Shown here piece after piece: positions 15,207 to 25,534 of a DNA stretch of 25,534 nucleotides; the stretch's first letter is position 1, and each line of letters opens with the position of its first letter. A model generated the notes under the pieces. That model was given only the letters and a program-made list of their open reading frames with translations, searched no databases and was not told where the DNA came from. Origin of the DNA: a virus (taxonomy: Duplodnaviria; Caudoviricetes). Location: the IMG/VR virus record IMGVR_UViG_3300012953_000200, positions 1 to 25,534 of that record. One strand, given 5' to 3'. Both the position numbers and the translations under genes were made by a program.

Positions 15207-16964
15207 ATGGCAGCTATTATTTCAGAAAAATTTAGAATCTTCAATGCGAAGCAATTCTTAGAATCACTTGGTGAAGCGGAAGCAACCAATATGTATTTCT
15301 TCGTTGGAAGATCCTCAAAGTGGGATGTTTACATAGAACTACACAACATCAGTGGTACTTTCCAAGTAGGAGAATCCGTCAGTGGCGGTGGATGGACTGC
15401 AACAGTAGCGGAAGTACACGCTAATAGTTTACTCTGTTCTAATGTCCTTCCTACTGCTACTACAACTCCTTCTTGGGGAACTACTATTACTGGTGGTACT
15501 TCAAGTGCAACTGGAGTCTCTAGTATATACAGATATGCTACGGAAGAAATTCCACCACTGCCTTTAGATAATCAAAGTGAGAAGCAATCAGTTTATAATG
15601 AATTAATTGCTGCCAAACGAATCAATTCTGATGCTGCTCGTCTTGTTATTCCTCGTTACAACTGGAATACTCAAGTAAATCCTAAGTTTGACATGTATAG
15701 ACCTAACTATTCAGCAACTCCTGCTGGTGGTGGATCTATCGGTATGCAAACTGCTCTTGGAAATAATGGATTAACAAGTGCTAAATTCTATGTTATGAAC
15801 AACACATACGAAGTCTTTAAGTGTTTGTATAATGGTGAATCACCTGCTAATCCAACTGGTGTTAATGTTGTAGACGAACCAAAGAGTAATCCTACTGCTG
15901 GTCAAGGTACATTTGCAAACGGAGTATTCATCTCAGAAAATGGTAATTATATTTGGAAGCATTTATTTACTTTACCTACAGGTGATGTACTTGCTTTCTT
16001 ATCAACAGACTTCTTACCAATTGCTGCTTCAGGTGAAACATCAAGAGTTGCTGTTGAAGGTTTAGCAGTTGACGGTGCAATTCATGTAGCAGTAGTTAAA
16101 GATGCTGGTGCTGGTCTTCCTACATCAAATACTTATTATTCAAAGATTATTGGTGATGGTACAGGTGGAATAGTTAAGTTCACTACAGATGGATCTGGTT
16201 CTATAACTGACTCTTCAATTGAAGCAGCAGGTAGTGGATATACTTATGGTAATGTATTGTTGGAGCAAGGTAATGTATTTACTGATGCAGCTGCAACTGC
16301 TGCTGTAGGTACTGTTAATGCTTCTTCAACTGGTTCCATAGAAGCAATTATATCTCCTGAAGGAGGTCAAGGTTCTAATGCGGATGCAGAACTCTTTGGT
16401 AAGAGAGTGATGACAAATGTTAGATTGACTTATGATGAAGGACAAGGTGATTTCCCTGTAGATAATGATTTCCGTAGAATCGGTATTATTCAAGATCCAA
16501 CTACTTGGGGAACAACTGCTAAGGCAACTAGTTTAACAGTACGTGGAACACATGTTGTCAAGATTAATAACCACACAGCAGATTATGTTGTTGATGAAGT
16601 TATCTCACAGGCTAATGCAGGTGGTACGTCTAAAGGTACTGTTGTATCTTGGGATTCTACTGATGGCATTCTAAAATATTATCAGTCTCCAGATGTTCAT
16701 ACTAGTGGTGGTAAAGTACATGCATTTGCAGCAGATGCTACTGTTGCTATAGTTGGTGCTACTTCAACTGCTTCTGGAACCGTTGATACAGCAACGGGTA
16801 CTGTAGGAACACCCGTTGTTGTTACTGATATTTCATTTGTAGAAGGTCTTTCAAATCCTGAAATTGAACCTAACTCTGGAGATATAGTATACATAGAGAA
16901 TAGAAGACAGATTACACGTGCTCCTGACCAGATTGAGGACATTAAGCTTGTAATTGAATTCTGA
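15207..16964 (+). CDS. gp8: Baseplate wedge subunit gp8
   Basis: MAAIISEKFRIFNAKQF, MYFFVGR, IPRYNW, FYVMNNTYEVFKCLYN, GNYIWKHLFT, NDFRRIGII and the C-terminal SGDIVYIENR...QIEDIKLVIEF are cyanophage gp8 hallmarks. Confidence 0.93.
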   Translation: MAAIISEKFRIFNAKQFLESLGEAEATNMYFFVGRSSKWDVYIELHNISGTFQVGESVSGGGWTATVAEVHANSLLCSNVLPTATTTPSWGTTITGGTSSATGVSSIYRYATEEIPPLPLDNQSEKQSVYNELIAAKRINSDAARLVIPRYNWNTQVNPKFDMYRPNYSATPAGGGSIGMQTALGNNGLTSAKFYVMNNTYEVFKCLYNGESPANPTGVNVVDEPKSNPTAGQGTFANGVFISENGNYIWKHLFTLPTGDVLAFLSTDFLPIAASGETSRVAVEGLAVDGAIHVAVVKDAGAGLPTSNTYYSKIIGDGTGGIVKFTTDGSGSITDSSIEAAGSGYTYGNVLLEQGNVFTDAAATAAVGTVNASSTGSIEAIISPEGGQGSNADAELFGKRVMTNVRLTYDEGQGDFPVDNDFRRIGIIQDPTTWGTTAKATSLTVRGTHVVKINNHTADYVVDEVISQANAGGTSKGTVVSWDSTDGILKYYQSPDVHTSGGKVHAFAADATVAIVGATSTASGTVDTATGTVGTPVVVTDISFVEGLSNPEIEPNSGDIVYIENRRQITRAPDQIEDIKLVIEF

Positions 16965-16996
16965 TTCTTATCCCCAAAAACTAGAGATAAAGTGAG

Positions 16997-19900
16997 ATGC
17001 CTCAGAAGACGAACCTAAATGTAGCTCCATACTACGATGATTTTTCACAGGATAAGAACTTCTACAAGGTGCTCTTTCGCCCTGGATATTCAATCCAAGC
17101 GAGGGAGTTAACCCAGTTACAGTCTATCCTACAAAATCAGATAGAGAGTTTTGGTAAATATTCTTTTAAACAAGGTGAACTGGTAATACCAGGAGAAGTT
17201 GGATTTAACAACAAACTCAATTTTGTTAAACTATCATCCGTATCTGAGATACCTATAAATCAGGATGGAAAGATAGTTTATAAAAAGTATGATATAACAC
17301 AATTAAAAGGTCAAACTCTTAAAGGATTAACTTCTGGTGTTACTGGTATTGTAGTTGAATCTGATGTAGCTACAGAAACTACTTCAGATATTATATTTGT
17401 AAATTATACAAATAGTGGTGATGCAGGTAATGAGGATACATTCCGTCAAGGTGAGACCTTAGAGGTCGTAGATGGCGTTAATACACCACTCCTAGTGGTT
17501 GGAACCGATGGTAGTGTACTTCCTACTTCTATTTCTATTACTAATCCTGATACACGAGAAACAACCTCGTTAGAGAGTCCTGCAATGGGATTATCTTCTG
17601 CTGTTAAAGTAGAAGAAGGTATTTATTTTGTAAATGGGCATTTTGTTAGAACAGCAGAACAGTTATTAATAGTTGATAAGTATTATAATTCTCCTTCTGC
17701 TAAGGTAGGGTTTAAGATTTTAGAAAGTGTTGTAACTTCTGAAGAAGACGCATCATTGTATGATAATGCAATAGGATCTAGTAATTATAGTTCTCCAGGA
17801 GCAAATAGATTAAAAATAGATCTTCAATTAGTTAAGTATTCGTTGAATGAAATTACTGATAAAAATTTCATTCAATTATTATCAATCAAAAGAGGTTCTG
17901 TACAAAGTCAAGTAGTACAAACGGACTACAATCTGTTAGAGAATACTCTTGCTAGAAGGACTTATGATGAGTCTGGTGATTATGTTGTTGATAATTTTTC
18001 TTTAGATGTAAGAGAATACTACCAACAAGATGGAAACCTTGGGGTATATTCTCTTGATGATATTGGAACAGTAAACGGATTATCACCCAATGATGCTAAG
18101 AATAAATTAGTAGCAAGTGTTGGACCTGGTAAAGCTTACGTTAAAGGTTTTGAGATTGTTAATACAGAAACAAAATACCTTCCTATTGATAAAGCAAGAG
18201 AAACACTTGGTAGGGATGATATACGTTTAAAAACAACAGGTCTTCCAACATATAAGATTACAAATACTTGGGGTAGTGTTCCTTTAAACTCTGAAGGTGC
18301 TGATCTTATTGCTTATCCAAATGTATTTTTAACATCAACTTTTAGTGATGGAAGTATTGGATTAAATGGAAATGAATTAGATACAGATAACAAACAAACT
18401 ATATCTCGTAGAGGACAACTGTTTGATATAAACACAGGAGTTAAAACAATATATGTTAATATTGACCCTTCAACAGATTTAAATAATTTAGATATAACAA
18501 GTTCAACTCCAGTAGTTACAGATAATTTTAATAAAAGATTAAATTATATTTCATTAACTGGATTGTGGATTACAAAATCAAGATCTACAGCAACTGCTAG
18601 TGCTATAGCAGCAAAGGTTGATGTTATTGGATATTCTGAAGTTAGCTTAATGGATGCTAATTCTTCTACCAGTGTTACTTATCTTGAATTAACTGTTACT
18701 GGTGAGAAGGATATTCTTGATGAATATCTTTTAGAATATGATACAGGATCAGCTGATCAATTTAGACAACTCTTTAGAACTAAAGCAAATGCTGAAGCAG
18801 TATCTGCAACACCTTTTGGTAGGATAATTGATTATAATGAAACTATTACTCCAGTAATAGGAACAGTAAAACCAAGTAATTTTACATTCATTGAAAAAGG
18901 AGATGGTTTTAATCCAGATACTGATGTAGTTATTTCAAAAGGAAGAACTTCTGAAGGAAATCCATCTTACAATACTACGTTTGGATTTTCTTATTTTGAT
19001 CCTCAATTCTTCACTAAAATTATTCTTGATGAGCCAATAACAGTAGTAGATAGTTTTACTCCTGGACAATATGTTTATGGTCTTGAGAGTGGTGCTTATG
19101 GTGTTGTAGAAGGATCTTCCAGTACCAAGTATACATCTCACAAGACCTTAATGGTCAAGACTCTATTTGGAACATTCAAATCGGGTGAAACTCTTAAAGA
19201 TGAATCAAATAATACTTTAAGAATTGCAACAGATAATACCATTTCTCATTTTATTGTTCCTAAGAGAGGACAAGATTATGTAACAGGAACTACTCTTAGA
19301 ATTAATGGTGTTGAATACGATGGATCTAAGATTGAACTACTTCTTAGTAGTGGTGGTGGTATAATCAATGCTAATATAAAAAATAGAGCTGGTGTTTCTA
19401 TTCAGTATGCACAACCACCAGTTGTGACTGTAGAACAAGCAGCTTCTGGAGGAACTCCTGCTGCTGCTGTTGTGGTTCCAGTTTTGATTAGGAATGCAGT
19501 AACAACTTACACACCACAAAATGTTAAGTCATTATATTCTGAATTTGGTGCTGGTGGTGCTAATACTCATGTATTCACTACTGATGTTGATTTAAATAAG
19601 CAGAAGTATGCAGAGATAATATCTGTTACTGACTTCACTTTTAGTGGAGAACAAGGTAGAAAATACATTGAGTGTAATGGATTTGGTGGAGATTCAACAA
19701 CATTCGTTCAACAAGGTGATTTAATACAGTTTACTGATTCTGCAAACAATGTAGTACGTTCTATAGTACAAAGAGGAACAAAATCTGATGGTGTATTAAA
19801 GTCTAGAATTTATTTGGATGCATCTCTTGCTTCTCCTGTTGTTAATGCTAGTGTTGTAAGAGTACGCCCATCAATTGATAATTTCAATCAGGGGTCTCTT

Positions 19901-22900
19901 TTATATAAGACAGGAACCAATCAAGTAAGTTCAATTGTAGCTGATAATGAAGATTCTAAGATTAAGTATTATCTTAGAAGAGATTTTATTGCACAAGGTG
20001 TTGGTGGTTCTGGTAAAATTACATTCTCTGCTCCTTTACCATTTGGTACTCAAAGATTTGTTTCATTTAGTGAAAGTAATTTCCTAGTTACTATTCTTGA
20101 TCCAGGTGATGCTCCTGATGTTTCTAAAGGTGACATTGTATATGTTACTTCAGAACAAGTTGTTATTGAGTCATCAACTGATTCTGCAACTGGATTAACT
20201 GCTGGTAGTGTAAGATTGGATCTTCCTTCCACTTACTTTGGCGGAACTGGTTCTTATACAGATTATCCTAAACTTAAACTTACTGCTACATTGGAAGTAA
20301 GTAAAGCAAAACCAAGACTTAAAACAGCAATTATTGATAAGAGAATTATTATTGATTCTATTGGTGATACTATTATTCCTTTTCGTGGAAGGGATTACGA
20401 TACTGATGCAATTGAAACATATAGTTATGCTGATGCATATAAACTTAAGTATGTTTATGAAGGATCTATAACAGAAGCTCCTGTTGCAGATAAGAATGGC
20501 AATCTTATTACTGGTACTGATGTTACATCTAGATACACATTTGATGATGGACAGAGAGATACAATCTATGATGTTTCAAGAATTATATTAAAACCTGGAT
20601 ATGATGTACCATCTGGTAAGTTATTGATTGCTTTTGATTATTTTGATCATACTTCTGGTGATTTCTGTACAGTTGATTCTTATTTACATGAAGCAGGTGT
20701 TGGTCCAGAAGAGATTCCTTCTTACAATTCTCCAGCAATAGGTAAAGTATCTTTAAGTGATGTTCTTGATTTTAGACCTAAAGTTGATAATGATGCTATT
20801 ATATCTGGTTTCTTAAACACATCATTATTATCTGCTAGTAATACAAGATCATTTACTGGTGCTGGTGGTATTGTTTGTAGTACTCCTGCTCCAGATAATA
20901 ATTTAGAATATACTTTTGGATTCTCACAAACTCAATACCTTGATAGGATTGATGCTGTATTCTTGAATAAGAATGGTCAATTTATTATTAAGGAAGGTAA
21001 TTCATCATTAAATCCATCTAAACCAGATTTAATAAGTGACTCTATGCCACTATATTATGTTTATGTACCTGCTTTTACAACATCTAATAAAGATATAAAG
21101 ATTGTTCCTGTAGATAACAAGCGTTATACCATGCGTGACATTGGTAAGCTTGAGAAACGTATTGAAAGGTTAGAATATTACACAACATTAAGCATACTTG
21201 AGCAGCAAGCATTGAATATGCAGATCACTGATAGTATTGGTCTGACAAAATTCAAGAGTGGTTTTATAGTTGATAACTTTGAAACTCATAGTATAGGATC
21301 TCTTCAGTCTCTTGATTATAAGTGTTCTGTTGATACACAACAGTCTGTTTTAAGACCTCAATCTAAAGAGGATTCATTTAAGTTAGAAGAAGTTAATACT
21401 AGAGATGATCAAAGATCTATTTCTGGATATAGTAGAACAGGGGATCGTATTACTCTTCCATATACTGAATTGGAAGTACTTGGAAATGATTTTGCTACTA
21501 AAACTATAAATCCCAACCCATTTGTTGTTATTCAATATGTTGGAGATTCTTTTATTAGTCCTAGCACAGATTCTTGGTATGACACTAGTGTAGCACCTCT
21601 TGTTACAGATAACAACACCAATCTTTATTCTATCTTCCTTGCTAAGAATGAAATTAGAGATGCATTCTCAAGTCTTTATAATTCATATAAGATTAATTGG
21701 ATTGGAGCTAATAAAGCATTCTTTAATATAGGATCTTTTGGTGATGTTAATAATAATGTTGCCGATGCTAGAGTTACTGATGCTTCTGTTGCTAGTTCAT
21801 CAAATGTTAGTTTACAAAACAATGAAGTTGGTAAAGGTATTAATACAAGAGGAGTTGGTACTAGTGTAGTTGCTACATCTTTATCTTTCTTTGCTAGAAC
21901 TGTACCTATTAAGTTTAAAATTAATAGACTTAAACCAAATACTATTATCCATGTATTCATGGAAGGTAAAAATATTGCTCGTTGGGTAAATCCTGATTTA
22001 AATTATAGTGGTATTGCAGGTAGTTCTTTAACTACTTTCAATAATACAATAAAAACAGATGATAATGGTAATGCTAGTGGAGTGATATTAGTTCCTGCTG
22101 GTAAACCACCAAGAGAAAATGCTGTTTGGAATGGTAATATTGATGATGTTGTTTATGATACTGAAGGTGATGAAATAAGATTCACTACAGGAACTTTGAC
22201 TATAAGATTTACATCAAGTTCTTCAAATGCATCTAAAGATAGTGTAGAAAGTTTTGCTGAAACAAAATATTATGCTACTGGGTTATTACCAGAAAATCCT
22301 GTTTCTATTATATCTACTACCCCTTCATACTTTAAAGCTAATGAAGGTAAGCAAGTAACTGATAGTACTACATCAATTCCATTCAAACCAAATCCACTTG
22401 CTCAAACAATTAAGATTGAGAATTTTGATGGTGGTCTATTTACTACTGGAGTTGATATATTCTTTGCACAGAAGAGTGCTAATATTCCTATTAGGGTTTA
22501 TATAACTGATATTCAAAACGGCAAACCAGGTAAGAATATACTTCCAGGAACACAAAAAGTTATTTCTCCAGAAACATATCTAAGAGTCGTTGCTAGTGAT
22601 ACTCTTTATATCACAAAAGATGAAATTGTAACAGGATCAACCTCTGGTGCTTTTGGTCCAGTATCAAAGGTATATGATAAGAATAATGTTGAGGTTACTG
22701 TATCTTCTATTGGATTATTCACTTTAAATAATGATCAGGTTTATACATTAGCTCTTGCTAATAATAATGGTACATCTTTCTTACAAGATGAAGTTCTATC
22801 TATACCATCATTAATTGCATCTAACAATGAAAACAATACATCATTATCTCTCAAGATAGCAAAAGATTCTGGTTCTATTTCAGAACTTCGTATTACTAAT

Positions 22901-25177
22901 ACAGGTTCTAGTTATGATACAGCTTTATTAACTATTGAGAGTCCTCAACTTCCTGGTGGAGGAACTGCTACTGGAACCGTTAGAGTTTCTGGTGGTAAAG
23001 TTTATCATTCAGAATTAATATCTATAGGTTCTGAATATACAGAACCTCCTTCTGTTGTTGTTAGAGGAACAGGTACTGGTAATTCAGGAGCAGAGGTTAC
23101 TTCTATAGTTGATATTAATACACCAGCAGTTCGCATGGGTGTTGCTATTGATCAAGATGGAATAACAAATTCAACTATTCCAACTAACTTCAAATTTGAT
23201 TATCCTGTTTATCTACAAAATGATACTGAGTATGCTATTGTTCTTGAAACAGACTCAACAGATTATCTTGCGTGGTCTTCTAAATTAGGTGAAATTGATA
23301 TTGCTACTAGTACAACTGTCACAACACAACCTTCTTTAGGATCTCTATTCAAATCAGCTACTGGTTGGACGGAAGATTTATTTGAAGATCTTAAATTTAA
23401 GATGTATCGTGCTGAATTTGATATTTCTAGATCAGGAACATTACATTTAACTAATGAAGATCTTGGTTACGAGACTCTTGGTATAGATTCTATTGAGACA
23501 AATGGATTATCTGATACAAATGCAACATCAGATCTATTCAAGAATAATAGTTTTATTGTTAAAGTAAATCATTATGATAATGGATTTAGTATTGATGGTA
23601 ATTCACATGTATTCTTTAAAGGAGTAGAATCTACTGGTGGAATAACATCATCCCAGTTAAATTCATCGTTGTTTCAAGTAAACAATGTAGGCGTTGATAG
23701 TTATAATATTACTTCAACCAATAGAGCTACAGCAAATGCATTTGGTGGTGGTACAAATGTACTAGCATCATATAATAGAAAGTTTGAGAAATTACATGCA
23801 ATTGTTCCTAATATTTCTTTTAGTGAAACTAAGATTGATTCTTCTATTAAGACAACTAATATTGCACCTATAGATGACAATATTGGTACATATACATCAT
23901 ACACACAATCTGAATATGAAAAGACTTTCTTAAATGAAGACTTCTTCTTTATCAATCAAAAGGTAGTTGCTTCTAGAATTAATGAAACAGTTAATAACAT
24001 TGATAGATCATTAACATATAAGCTTGATTTATCAAGTACTGTTTCTCATTTATCTCCATTGATTGATTTGTCTAGATCTTCTGTTAAGACTATTAGTAAT
24101 AGAATTGAGAATGCGTCTGGTAGTGAATCTAGATTTGGTCGTAGAGATCAAATATTAGAATTTAAACAAGTATATACGTTCCAGTTAGATGGTATTGATA
24201 CTGGTGCTGGAGAATCTATTACAGCTCCATCAACAACAAAACAAACTTTAACTGGACAAACTACAAAAGCCTCTGGAGATATTGTTAAAGTTACTGGAAC
24301 AACTGTTTGGGTTAAGTTGAGTACAGTAAATTCATTCGCTCCTGGTGAGAGAGTTGTGTTCTCTACAGACACATTTACATCTCAATCTGGTGCTGGTAAT
24401 GGTGTTACTGTTGCTTTTGGAAGCATATCTGAAGTAATACCACAGATACCGAATACTTTATCACCAGTAATAACAATTACTGGAAGATATCCATCTGATT
24501 CATCTGTAAAATATACAGATAAAATTTCTGGAACGGTAATAATTTGGAATGTTGAGGAGCAACAATTAACATTATCAAATCAGAAACAACCTATTGATAA
24601 TGATTACACAAGTTCAATTACTCAGGGCAATAATTTCATAAGAACAGCTACACAAGCTGATGATATATTCCGTGTAGGTGATTACATTTCGTGGGAAGGT
24701 CAAGATGAATCAGAAGCAGATTTTGTTGAGATATCTAAAGTATCTTATACAAATGGAATAGATTATACACCTGATATAAAATCAAAAAATAGTTCAACTC
24801 TTGCTAAGTATGTAACTAAAGAAGTTGGTATACAGAATCCTGCAACTTCTGTTAATGTTAAATTAACTGCTAATACTGATGATGTTGGAAATATTGGAGT
24901 CCTATATAGGATTAAAAAATCTTCTTCACAAGAGAATTTTGAAGATATTGAATGGGTATATTTCAATGATGATGGTTCACCAGATGTTGATGTAATTGCA
25001 ACTGCTGAGAATTCTATTAGCGGAATTACTGAGAAGCAATCTTCATATCAAGAATTATCATATAGTGTTGATAACCTTCCTGAGTTCTCATCATTTGCCA
25101 TTAAGGTCGTAATGAAGTCAAATAACCCTGCATTTGTACCGAAGATCCAAGATCTACGGGCTGTAGCATCATACTAA
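16997..25177 (+). CDS. Large virion structural protein (DUF4815 / VrlC-like), 2726 aa
   Basis: MPQKTNLNVAPYYDDF...FYKVLFRPGYSIQARELTQLQSILQNQIE, LARRTYDESGDY, KRYTMRDIGKLEKRIERLEYYTTLS, FKSGFIVDNF and the C-terminal PKIQDLRAVA. This is its usual position after gp8 in cyanomyoviruses. Confidence 0.88.
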   Translation: MPQKTNLNVAPYYDDFSQDKNFYKVLFRPGYSIQARELTQLQSILQNQIESFGKYSFKQGELVIPGEVGFNNKLNFVKLSSVSEIPINQDGKIVYKKYDITQLKGQTLKGLTSGVTGIVVESDVATETTSDIIFVNYTNSGDAGNEDTFRQGETLEVVDGVNTPLLVVGTDGSVLPTSISITNPDTRETTSLESPAMGLSSAVKVEEGIYFVNGHFVRTAEQLLIVDKYYNSPSAKVGFKILESVVTSEEDASLYDNAIGSSNYSSPGANRLKIDLQLVKYSLNEITDKNFIQLLSIKRGSVQSQVVQTDYNLLENTLARRTYDESGDYVVDNFSLDVREYYQQDGNLGVYSLDDIGTVNGLSPNDAKNKLVASVGPGKAYVKGFEIVNTETKYLPIDKARETLGRDDIRLKTTGLPTYKITNTWGSVPLNSEGADLIAYPNVFLTSTFSDGSIGLNGNELDTDNKQTISRRGQLFDINTGVKTIYVNIDPSTDLNNLDITSSTPVVTDNFNKRLNYISLTGLWITKSRSTATASAIAAKVDVIGYSEVSLMDANSSTSVTYLELTVTGEKDILDEYLLEYDTGSADQFRQLFRTKANAEAVSATPFGRIIDYNETITPVIGTVKPSNFTFIEKGDGFNPDTDVVISKGRTSEGNPSYNTTFGFSYFDPQFFTKIILDEPITVVDSFTPGQYVYGLESGAYGVVEGSSSTKYTSHKTLMVKTLFGTFKSGETLKDESNNTLRIATDNTISHFIVPKRGQDYVTGTTLRINGVEYDGSKIELLLSSGGGIINANIKNRAGVSIQYAQPPVVTVEQAASGGTPAAAVVVPVLIRNAVTTYTPQNVKSLYSEFGAGGANTHVFTTDVDLNKQKYAEIISVTDFTFSGEQGRKYIECNGFGGDSTTFVQQGDLIQFTDSANNVVRSIVQRGTKSDGVLKSRIYLDASLASPVVNASVVRVRPSIDNFNQGSLLYKTGTNQVSSIVADNEDSKIKYYLRRDFIAQGVGGSGKITFSAPLPFGTQRFVSFSESNFLVTILDPGDAPDVSKGDIVYVTSEQVVIESSTDSATGLTAGSVRLDLPSTYFGGTGSYTDYPKLKLTATLEVSKAKPRLKTAIIDKRIIIDSIGDTIIPFRGRDYDTDAIETYSYADAYKLKYVYEGSITEAPVADKNGNLITGTDVTSRYTFDDGQRDTIYDVSRIILKPGYDVPSGKLLIAFDYFDHTSGDFCTVDSYLHEAGVGPEEIPSYNSPAIGKVSLSDVLDFRPKVDNDAIISGFLNTSLLSASNTRSFTGAGGIVCSTPAPDNNLEYTFGFSQTQYLDRIDAVFLNKNGQFIIKEGNSSLNPSKPDLISDSMPLYYVYVPAFTTSNKDIKIVPVDNKRYTMRDIGKLEKRIERLEYYTTLSILEQQALNMQITDSIGLTKFKSGFIVDNFETHSIGSLQSLDYKCSVDTQQSVLRPQSKEDSFKLEEVNTRDDQRSISGYSRTGDRITLPYTELEVLGNDFATKTINPNPFVVIQYVGDSFISPSTDSWYDTSVAPLVTDNNTNLYSIFLAKNEIRDAFSSLYNSYKINWIGANKAFFNIGSFGDVNNNVADARVTDASVASSSNVSLQNNEVGKGINTRGVGTSVVATSLSFFARTVPIKFKINRLKPNTIIHVFMEGKNIARWVNPDLNYSGIAGSSLTTFNNTIKTDDNGNASGVILVPAGKPPRENAVWNGNIDDVVYDTEGDEIRFTTGTLTIRFTSSSSNASKDSVESFAETKYYATGLLPENPVSIISTTPSYFKANEGKQVTDSTTSIPFKPNPLAQTIKIENFDGGLFTTGVDIFFAQKSANIPIRVYITDIQNGKPGKNILPGTQKVISPETYLRVVASDTLYITKDEIVTGSTSGAFGPVSKVYDKNNVEVTVSSIGLFTLNNDQVYTLALANNNGTSFLQDEVLSIPSLIASNNENNTSLSLKIAKDSGSISELRITNTGSSYDTALLTIESPQLPGGGTATGTVRVSGGKVYHSELISIGSEYTEPPSVVVRGTGTGNSGAEVTSIVDINTPAVRMGVAIDQDGITNSTIPTNFKFDYPVYLQNDTEYAIVLETDSTDYLAWSSKLGEIDIATSTTVTTQPSLGSLFKSATGWTEDLFEDLKFKMYRAEFDISRSGTLHLTNEDLGYETLGIDSIETNGLSDTNATSDLFKNNSFIVKVNHYDNGFSIDGNSHVFFKGVESTGGITSSQLNSSLFQVNNVGVDSYNITSTNRATANAFGGGTNVLASYNRKFEKLHAIVPNISFSETKIDSSIKTTNIAPIDDNIGTYTSYTQSEYEKTFLNEDFFFINQKVVASRINETVNNIDRSLTYKLDLSSTVSHLSPLIDLSRSSVKTISNRIENASGSESRFGRRDQILEFKQVYTFQLDGIDTGAGESITAPSTTKQTLTGQTTKASGDIVKVTGTTVWVKLSTVNSFAPGERVVFSTDTFTSQSGAGNGVTVAFGSISEVIPQIPNTLSPVITITGRYPSDSSVKYTDKISGTVIIWNVEEQQLTLSNQKQPIDNDYTSSITQGNNFIRTATQADDIFRVGDYISWEGQDESEADFVEISKVSYTNGIDYTPDIKSKNSSTLAKYVTKEVGIQNPATSVNVKLTANTDDVGNIGVLYRIKKSSSQENFEDIEWVYFNDDGSPDVDVIATAENSISGITEKQSSYQELSYSVDNLPEFSSFAIKVVMKSNNPAFVPKIQDLRAVASY

Positions 25178-25189
25178 AGGATCCCCATC

Positions 25190-25534
25190 ATGCCATTAAG
25201 AAACGTATTAACCACATTCACAATAGAACAGCAGAGGTTAGAGATTAATGCTCTCGCTGGTGATGTCAATAACATAGCAACAGGAGTTACTGCAACCACT
25301 GCTAGTGGTCTTGCAGCAGGTGCAACTGGTGCTGACCTCACATTGAGTGGGACGCTAACAGTCAACGGCACTCAGACGATTCTGAACACTGAGACACTTC
25401 AGGTGGAGGACAAGGAAATTGTCATTGGTAATGTCTCATCACCTACTGATGCTACAGCTCATGGTGGTGGTTGGAAGTTGAAGGGTGCTAACAACAAAAC
25501 TATTACATATAATCAGACTGGGGATAAGTGGGTA
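25190..25534 (+). CDS. Tail-fibre-like structural protein, 5' part (runs off the window)
   Basis: AAGGA RBS at 25177-25181 and ATG25190, open to the window end: MPLRNVLTTFTIEQQRLEINALAGDV...LTLSGTLTVNGTQTILNTETLQVEDKEIVIG...GGGWKLKGANNKTITYNQTGDKW, a typical fibre beta-repeat module. Confidence 0.8.
   Translation, partial: MPLRNVLTTFTIEQQRLEINALAGDVNNIATGVTATTASGLAAGATGADLTLSGTLTVNGTQTILNTETLQVEDKEIVIGNVSSPTDATAHGGGWKLKGANNKTITYNQTGDKWV

Noticed and set aside
2435-25371. Short minus-strand ORFs (2435, 3322, 10319, 16697, 18935, 19337, 20050, 21676, 23701, 24148, 24763, 25174) and the nested + ORF 4613..4816
   Set aside because: All are 60-94 aa, lie within or opposite well-supported genes, and have shadow-like composition with no motifs or expression signals.
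1-25534. CRISPR array, tRNA/rRNA, transposase or DGR template/variable repeats
   Set aside because: I saw no regularly spaced repeats, cloverleaf-compatible intergenic segments, transposase or reverse transcriptase motifs, or long near-identical nucleotide duplications by eye. A computational scan was not possible.

Overview
This is a segment of an AT-rich T4-like myovirus genome, most similar in style to marine cyanomyoviruses of the P-SSM2/Syn9 type. All credible genes are on the + strand. Positions 1-546 are the end of an early region: small ORFs, a host-sigma70-type promoter that appears leaderless, and an intrinsic terminator. A structured, A-tract-rich non-coding junction follows (547-717). 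Next is a cluster of small genes: overlapping hypothetical ORFs, a PAAR spike-tip protein, a 44-aa basic peptide absent from the ORF track, an HNH endonuclease and a 2OG-Fe(II) oxygenase. The baseplate module fills the rest: gp25, gp6, a 3203-aa gp7, gp8, a 2726-aa DUF4815/VrlC-like structural protein and the start of a tail-fibre-like gene. T4-type late promoters (TATAAATA/CTAAATA) punctuate it. The most striking observation is two helical domains inside gp7 that resemble phycobiliprotein subunits. They retain the C-x-R-D bilin-attachment motif (Cys84 site) and a cysteine resembling the beta-155 site, which suggests a possibly bilin-chromophorylated virion protein. All family assignments come from motif recognition by eye, not database searches.
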